From a virus (taxonomy: Duplodnaviria; Heunggongvirae; Uroviricota; Caudoviricetes): a stretch of DNA of 10,205 nt. Location: IMG/VR virus record IMGVR_UViG_2724679140_000003, positions 1 to 10,205 of that record. One strand, 5' to 3'. The notes under the pieces are model-generated. The model did not search any database and had not been told where the DNA came from. It worked only from the letters and a program-made list of their open reading frames with translations. The position numbers and the translations under genes are program-made. This document shows positions 6,784 to 10,205 of the stretch, piece by piece. Each line of letters starts with the position of its first letter. Within the stretch, counting starts at the first letter, position 1.

Positions 6784-7189
6784 GCACATCGAATCAGTGT
6801 TGTTAGCCCTAGCCGCTGAAAAAGGGCAGGCGTGGGTCGCTAACGCAATTACTGAAGAATATCTCCGCCAGGGGGGAGGTGAATTGTCTCTGACACCAGG
6901 CAAGGACTGGAACAATCAGCAGAACATCTATCGCCGTTGGTTAAAAGGTGAAACGGAAGCGCAAAGGGAAAAAATTCAGAAGCTGATCCCAGCAATTCTG
7001 GCAATCCTTCCGCGGGAGCTGCGTCACCGACTCTGCATCTTCGATACCCTGGAACGCCGTGCATTACTGGCGGCGCAGGAGGCGTTGAGTACGGCAATTG
7101 ATGCGCATGATGATGCAGTCCAGGCCGTTTACCGGAAAGCGCATTTCAGCGGCGGCGGGTCTTCCGACGATTCTGTCATTGTTCATTAA
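6767..7189 (+). CDS. YdaT-like protein (140 aa), proposed CII-like regulator in Rac-type prophages
   Basis: Starts MKIRHEHIESVLLALAAEKG..., resembling the recalled N-terminus of Rac YdaT (MKIKHEHI...). AGGAG SD 7 nt upstream. Overlaps the cro-like gene by 17 nt. Confidence 0.8.
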   Translation: MKIRHEHIESVLLALAAEKGQAWVANAITEEYLRQGGGELSLTPGKDWNNQQNIYRRWLKGETEAQREKIQKLIPAILAILPRELRHRLCIFDTLERRALLAAQEALSTAIDAHDDAVQAVYRKAHFSGGGSSDDSVIVH

Positions 7190-7252
7190 GCAAAAGTTTC
7201 CATGCTGTTTGTGCTTATTCTAAGCCACCGGGCAGCATCATACGGGGCAATT

Positions 7253-8059
7253 ATGGCCGCATTACCATACATGCAACTGTACATAGCTGATTACCTGGCT
7301 GACACCATGCATTTGTCAGCAGAGGAGCATGGTGCGTATTTGTTGCTGATGTTCAATTACTGGCAAACAGGAAAGCCAATACCTAAAAACAGGCTGGCAA
7401 AAATTGCCCGTCTGACTAACGAGCGATGGGCTGATGTTGAACCATCCTTGCAGGAGTTTTTTTGCGATAACGGCGAGGAATGGGTGCATCTTCGGATTGA
7501 GGAAGATCTGGCATCAGTCAGGGAAAAATTAACCAAAAAATCAGCCGCAGGAAAAGCATCTGTTCAGGCCAGAAGAAGCAGAAAGGAAGCTGATGTTCAA
7601 ACAAAACAAGAGAGAAATTTAACAGGTGTTCAAACAGATGTTGAAGTGGTGTTTGAACATGATGTCAACACAAAGGCAACTAATAAAGATACAGATAAAG
7701 ATCTAAAAACAGATCCCCCCCTAAATCCCCCCCGGGGGAATCGAGGTGTCAAAAAGTTTGACCCTCTGGATATTGTTTTGCCGAACTGGATTTCTGTCTC
7801 GCTTTGGCGTGAGTGGGTTGAATTTCGCCAGGCATTGCGAAAACCGATTCGAACGGAGCAGGGCGCTAACGGGGCGATACGGGAACTGGAAAAATTCCGT
7901 CAGCAGGGTTTTACACCTGAGCAGGTGATTCGACACAGCATCGCCAATGAATACCAGGGCCTGTTCGCGCCGAAAGGTGTTCGGCCTGAGACGTTGCTCC
8001 GACAGGTTAACACCGTCTCGTTGCCGGACAGTGCGATCCCGCCTGGCTTCAGGGGGTAA
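7253..8059 (+). CDS. DUF1376 (YdaU-like) replication initiation protein, O-like (269 aa; alternative in-frame start at 7202)
   Basis: N-terminal MAALPYMQLYIADYLADTMHLSAEEHGAYLLLMFNYWQTGKPIP matches the conserved DUF1376 signature (YM.LYI.DYL.DT..LS.EEHGAYL.L). Followed immediately by a DnaC-like gene. ATG at 7253 has GGGG upstream. Confidence 0.85.
   Translation: MAALPYMQLYIADYLADTMHLSAEEHGAYLLLMFNYWQTGKPIPKNRLAKIARLTNERWADVEPSLQEFFCDNGEEWVHLRIEEDLASVREKLTKKSAAGKASVQARRSRKEADVQTKQERNLTGVQTDVEVVFEHDVNTKATNKDTDKDLKTDPPLNPPRGNRGVKKFDPLDIVLPNWISVSLWREWVEFRQALRKPIRTEQGANGAIRELEKFRQQGFTPEQVIRHSIANEYQGLFAPKGVRPETLLRQVNTVSLPDSAIPPGFRG
7556..7672. repeat. Iteron-like repeats inside the DUF1376 gene followed by an AT-rich stretch: candidate replication origin
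   Basis: Repeats of about 10 bp related to TGTTCAAACA at roughly 34-35 bp spacing: cTGTTCAggc (7560), gaTGTTCAAACA (7592), ggTGTTCAAACA (7626), inverted TGTTTGAACA (7651), gaTGTCAACA (7661), plus ggTGTCAAAAA further on at 7747. AT-rich 7672-7712 follows. Confidence 0.4.
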
Positions 8060-8065
8060 CAGACC

Positions 8066-8812
8066 ATGAAAAATATTGCGACAGGAGGCGTTCTGGAGCG
8101 TATCCGCAGACTGACCCCACCACATGTAACCGCCCCATTCAGAACGGTTGCGGAGTGGCGCGAGTGGCAACTTGCTGAAGGCCAGAAACGTAGTGAGGAG
8201 ATCAACCGCCTGAATCGCCAGTTGCGGGTGGAAAAAATTCTGAATCGCTCAGGCATCCAGCCGTTGCACCGTAAATGCTCGTTTGCGAATTACCAGGTGC
8301 AGAACGACGGCCAGCGATACGCGTTAAGCCAGGCGAAATCCATCGCCGATGAACTGATGACCGGGTGTACAAATTTTGCGTTCAGCGGAAAACCTGGTAC
8401 CGGGAAGAATCACTTAGCGGCAGCTATCGGGAATCGCCTGCTGAAAGACGGTCAGACAGTGATTGTGGTTACCGTGGCTGATGTTATGAGTGCTCTACAC
8501 GCCAGCTATGACGACGGGCAATCAGGCGAAAAATTTTTGCGGGAACTGTGCCAAGTGGATCTGCTGGTTCTTGATGAAATTGGCATTCAGCGCGAGACAA
8601 AAAACGAGCAGGTGGTGCTGCACCAGATTGTTGATCGCCGGACAGCGTCGATGTGCAGCGTGGGGATGCTGACAAACCTGAACTATGAGGCCATGAAAAC
8701 ATTGCTCGGCGAGAGGATTATAGATCGCATGACCATGAACGGCGGGCGATGGGTGAATTTTAATTGGGAGAGCTGGCGTCCGAATGTCGTCCAGCCAGGA
8801 ATTGCGAAGTGA
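8066..8812 (+). CDS. DnaC-like helicase loader / IstB-like AAA+ ATPase (YdaV-like replication protein, 248 aa)
   Basis: Walker [16 protein letters not shown] and Walker B LLVLDEIG. Recognisable DnaC-family layout. ATG at 8066 with GGGGG SD. Directly downstream of the O-like gene. Confidence 0.9.
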   Translation: MKNIATGGVLERIRRLTPPHVTAPFRTVAEWREWQLAEGQKRSEEINRLNRQLRVEKILNRSGIQPLHRKCSFANYQVQNDGQRYALSQAKSIADELMTGCTNFAFSGKPGTGKNHLAAAIGNRLLKDGQTVIVVTVADVMSALHASYDDGQSGEKFLRELCQVDLLVLDEIGIQRETKNEQVVLHQIVDRRTASMCSVGMLTNLNYEAMKTLLGERIIDRMTMNGGRWVNFNWESWRPNVVQPGIAK

Positions 8813-8834
8813 TTTTTACCGGGAGGAAATTTTA

Positions 8835-8984
8835 ATGGAAACCGTTTTTGATGCACTGAAAGCAATGGGAAAAGCCACGTCGGTAGAACTGGCTGCGCGA
8901 CTTGATATCAGTCGTGAAGAAGTGCTGAACGAGCTGTGGGAACTGAAAAAGGCTGGATTCGTTGATAAAAGCGCGTACACCTGA
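8835..8984 (+). CDS. Small winged-helix-like protein (49 aa)
   Basis: Strong SD GGGAGG 8 nt before ATG at 8835. Translation [49 protein letters not shown] looks like an HTH. Ends with TGA at 8982-8984, in frame with the next ORF. Confidence 0.6.
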   Translation: METVFDALKAMGKATSVELAARLDISREEVLNELWELKKAGFVDKSAYT

Positions 8985-8987
8985 CGT

Positions 8988-9596
8988 GTGGCCGATAACA
9001 ACGTTCAGCAGGAACATCCAGTGCCGGAAGAACAGCCGGAAGAAATCGCCACGGCAACAGTAGCGAAAATCTCAGAGTGCGATTTAACCGCGACGATTGA
9101 ACAACGCGGACCACAAACGGCGGATGAACTGGCTACGCTGTTCGGTACCACATCCCGCAAAGTTGCTTCAACGCTGGCAATGGCAATCAGCAAAGGACGC
9201 CTGATTCGCGTAAATCAGAACGGTAAATTTCGTTACTGCATGCCGGGCGGTAATTTACCAGCAGAGCCGAAAGCTGCATCGGTAGCGGAAACTGATGGTA
9301 AAGCCTTTCCTCAGCCTGCATGTGTTGTTTTACCAGTACAGGAGGCTGCAATACAGGAAGAAATTAAAACAGAAACTGTGGCGGACATTGTGCAGCCGCT
9401 GCCATCGTTCACTGAAACGCGAGCAGATGACCTGGTTTTACCATCGCTGCATATGGCAAACCGCGAACTGCGTCGGGCGAAAAGTCATGTCCAGAAGTGG
9501 GAGCGAGTCTGCGCCGCGCTGCGTGAGCTGAACAAGCACCAGGATATTGTCCGTCAGATTGTCGATTCCTCCAGTCGTATTGTGTCGGAAAAGTGA
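8988..9596 (+). CDS. Hypothetical protein (202 aa) with a second HTH-like segment; GTG start, or a readthrough extension of the preceding ORF
   Basis: Long ORF in the same frame as 8835..8984. First codon GTG at 8988 with no convincing SD. Contains [32 protein letters not shown], which resembles the HTH of the upstream 49-aa ORF. Confidence 0.7.
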   Translation: MADNNVQQEHPVPEEQPEEIATATVAKISECDLTATIEQRGPQTADELATLFGTTSRKVASTLAMAISKGRLIRVNQNGKFRYCMPGGNLPAEPKAASVAETDGKAFPQPACVVLPVQEAAIQEEIKTETVADIVQPLPSFTETRADDLVLPSLHMANRELRRAKSHVQKWERVCAALRELNKHQDIVRQIVDSSSRIVSEK

Positions 9597-9612
9597 TTCT
9601 AGGGGAGGGCTT

Positions 9613-10035
9613 ATGGCAAAAGTATTAACACAGGAAGAGCGAGAAAAAATTAAAGGGCAGATTGTTGATCTCGTACGCCAGAGCGAGCGAGAGACGTTAC
9701 GACAACTGGAAGCTAAAACAGGCGCGACAAGATATCTGATGAGTGTTCTCGCCAGAGAGCTTGTTGCCAGTGGCGATGTATATAACTCCGGCTACGGGTT
9801 ATTCCCGCCAGAACAGGCTCGTAAGGACTGGCAAAATGCCCGCAAAAAACTATCCAGGGCAAAGGTGAAGAAACCATCTGTGGTTGATCCTGACCTTATC
9901 TGGTCATTACCAGACGGAGAAATACGCCACTACGACAGGCGTCAGAACATAATCTGTAGCGAGTGCCGGAAGAGCGAAGTTATGCAGCGCGTGCTGGCGT
10001 TTTATCAGGGGAATTTTCAGGAGGTGGCACAGTGA
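9613..10035 (+). CDS. Hypothetical protein (140 aa from ATG 9613; the ORF track extends it to 9547)
   Basis: Strong SD GGGGAGGG immediately upstream of ATG 9613. Translation MAKVLTQEEREKIKGQIVDLVRQSERETLRQLEAKTGATRYLMSVLARELVASGDV... No family recognised. Confidence 0.7.
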   Translation: MAKVLTQEEREKIKGQIVDLVRQSERETLRQLEAKTGATRYLMSVLARELVASGDVYNSGYGLFPPEQARKDWQNARKKLSRAKVKKPSVVDPDLIWSLPDGEIRHYDRRQNIICSECRKSEVMQRVLAFYQGNFQEVAQ

Positions 10036-10205
10036 GCGGGATTGACTACCAGGATTTGGCTGCTGCCAACGCTTTCCTGGCGGATGTGCGGGCAGGGGCG
10101 TTTAACGACCTTTGCGCGGCGTTTGTCAGGCACGAAAAAATTGCAGGACTGGGTGATGGCGACACTGTGACGCTTAAGGAAGCGACTGATGCGCTGCTGC
10201 ACTGT
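10032..10205 (+). CDS. Hypothetical protein, 5' part only (runs off window)
   Basis: GTG at 10032 overlaps the preceding stop (GTGA). Open frame to the window end reading MSGIDYQDLAAANAFLADVRAGAFNDLCAAFVRHEKIAGLGDGDTVTLKEATDALLHC. No SD assessed; short and partial. Confidence 0.35.
   Translation, partial: MSGIDYQDLAAANAFLADVRAGAFNDLCAAFVRHEKIAGLGDGDTVTLKEATDALLHC

Noticed and set aside
6718-8702. Minus-strand ORFs (6718..6915, 6849..7097, 7721..8170, 7900..8256, 8484..8702) and the 60-aa plus-strand ORFs 7746..7928 and 8490..8672
   Set aside because: Antisense or out of frame relative to the YdaT-like, O-like and DnaC-like genes, which have clear motifs.
8683-9193. Minus-strand ORFs 8683..8865, 8816..9001, 8832..9017, 8908..9114, 9005..9193 and the 78-aa plus-strand ORF 9295..9531
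   Set aside because: Overlap better-supported plus-strand genes; no SD; low-complexity translations.
10017-10202. 61-aa minus-strand ORF at the window end
   Set aside because: Antisense to the open plus-strand frame that continues the operon; no SD.
1-10205. CRISPR array, IS element or transposase, integrase, att site, lambda N and nut sites
   Set aside because: Looked for these but found no spaced direct-repeat array, no terminal inverted repeats with a transposase, and no N-like arginine-rich small ORF or boxA/boxB-like elements.

Overview
This window looks like the early region of a mosaic lambdoid prophage of an enterobacterium (E. coli-like). The minus strand carries a leftward early operon: a DicA/RacR-type repressor, two tiny ORFs (44 and 50 aa), a DicF-like sRNA with an intrinsic terminator, a Rha-family regulator, two small hypothetical proteins, a 657-aa acidic hypothetical protein with a zinc knuckle, then a lambda-type Red module (gam, bet, exo). 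bet carries an apparent 1-bp deletion that replaces its C-terminus, and exo runs off the window edge. The plus strand carries the rightward operon: a Cro-like YdaS-family regulator, a YdaT-like protein, a DUF1376 (YdaU/O-like) replication initiator with internal iteron-like repeats, a DnaC-like helicase loader and a run of winged-helix-like ORFs. No lambda N, kil, cIII, ral, sieB or rex equivalents were recognised. No tRNA, CRISPR array, IS element or attachment site was seen. All homology statements rest on reading the translations and on recalled sequences of lambda, Rac and Qin proteins; no database search was run. The best candidates for something undescribed are the 657-aa protein and the two small genes upstream of it, which sit in the variable slot of the left operon, plus two candidate small RNAs.
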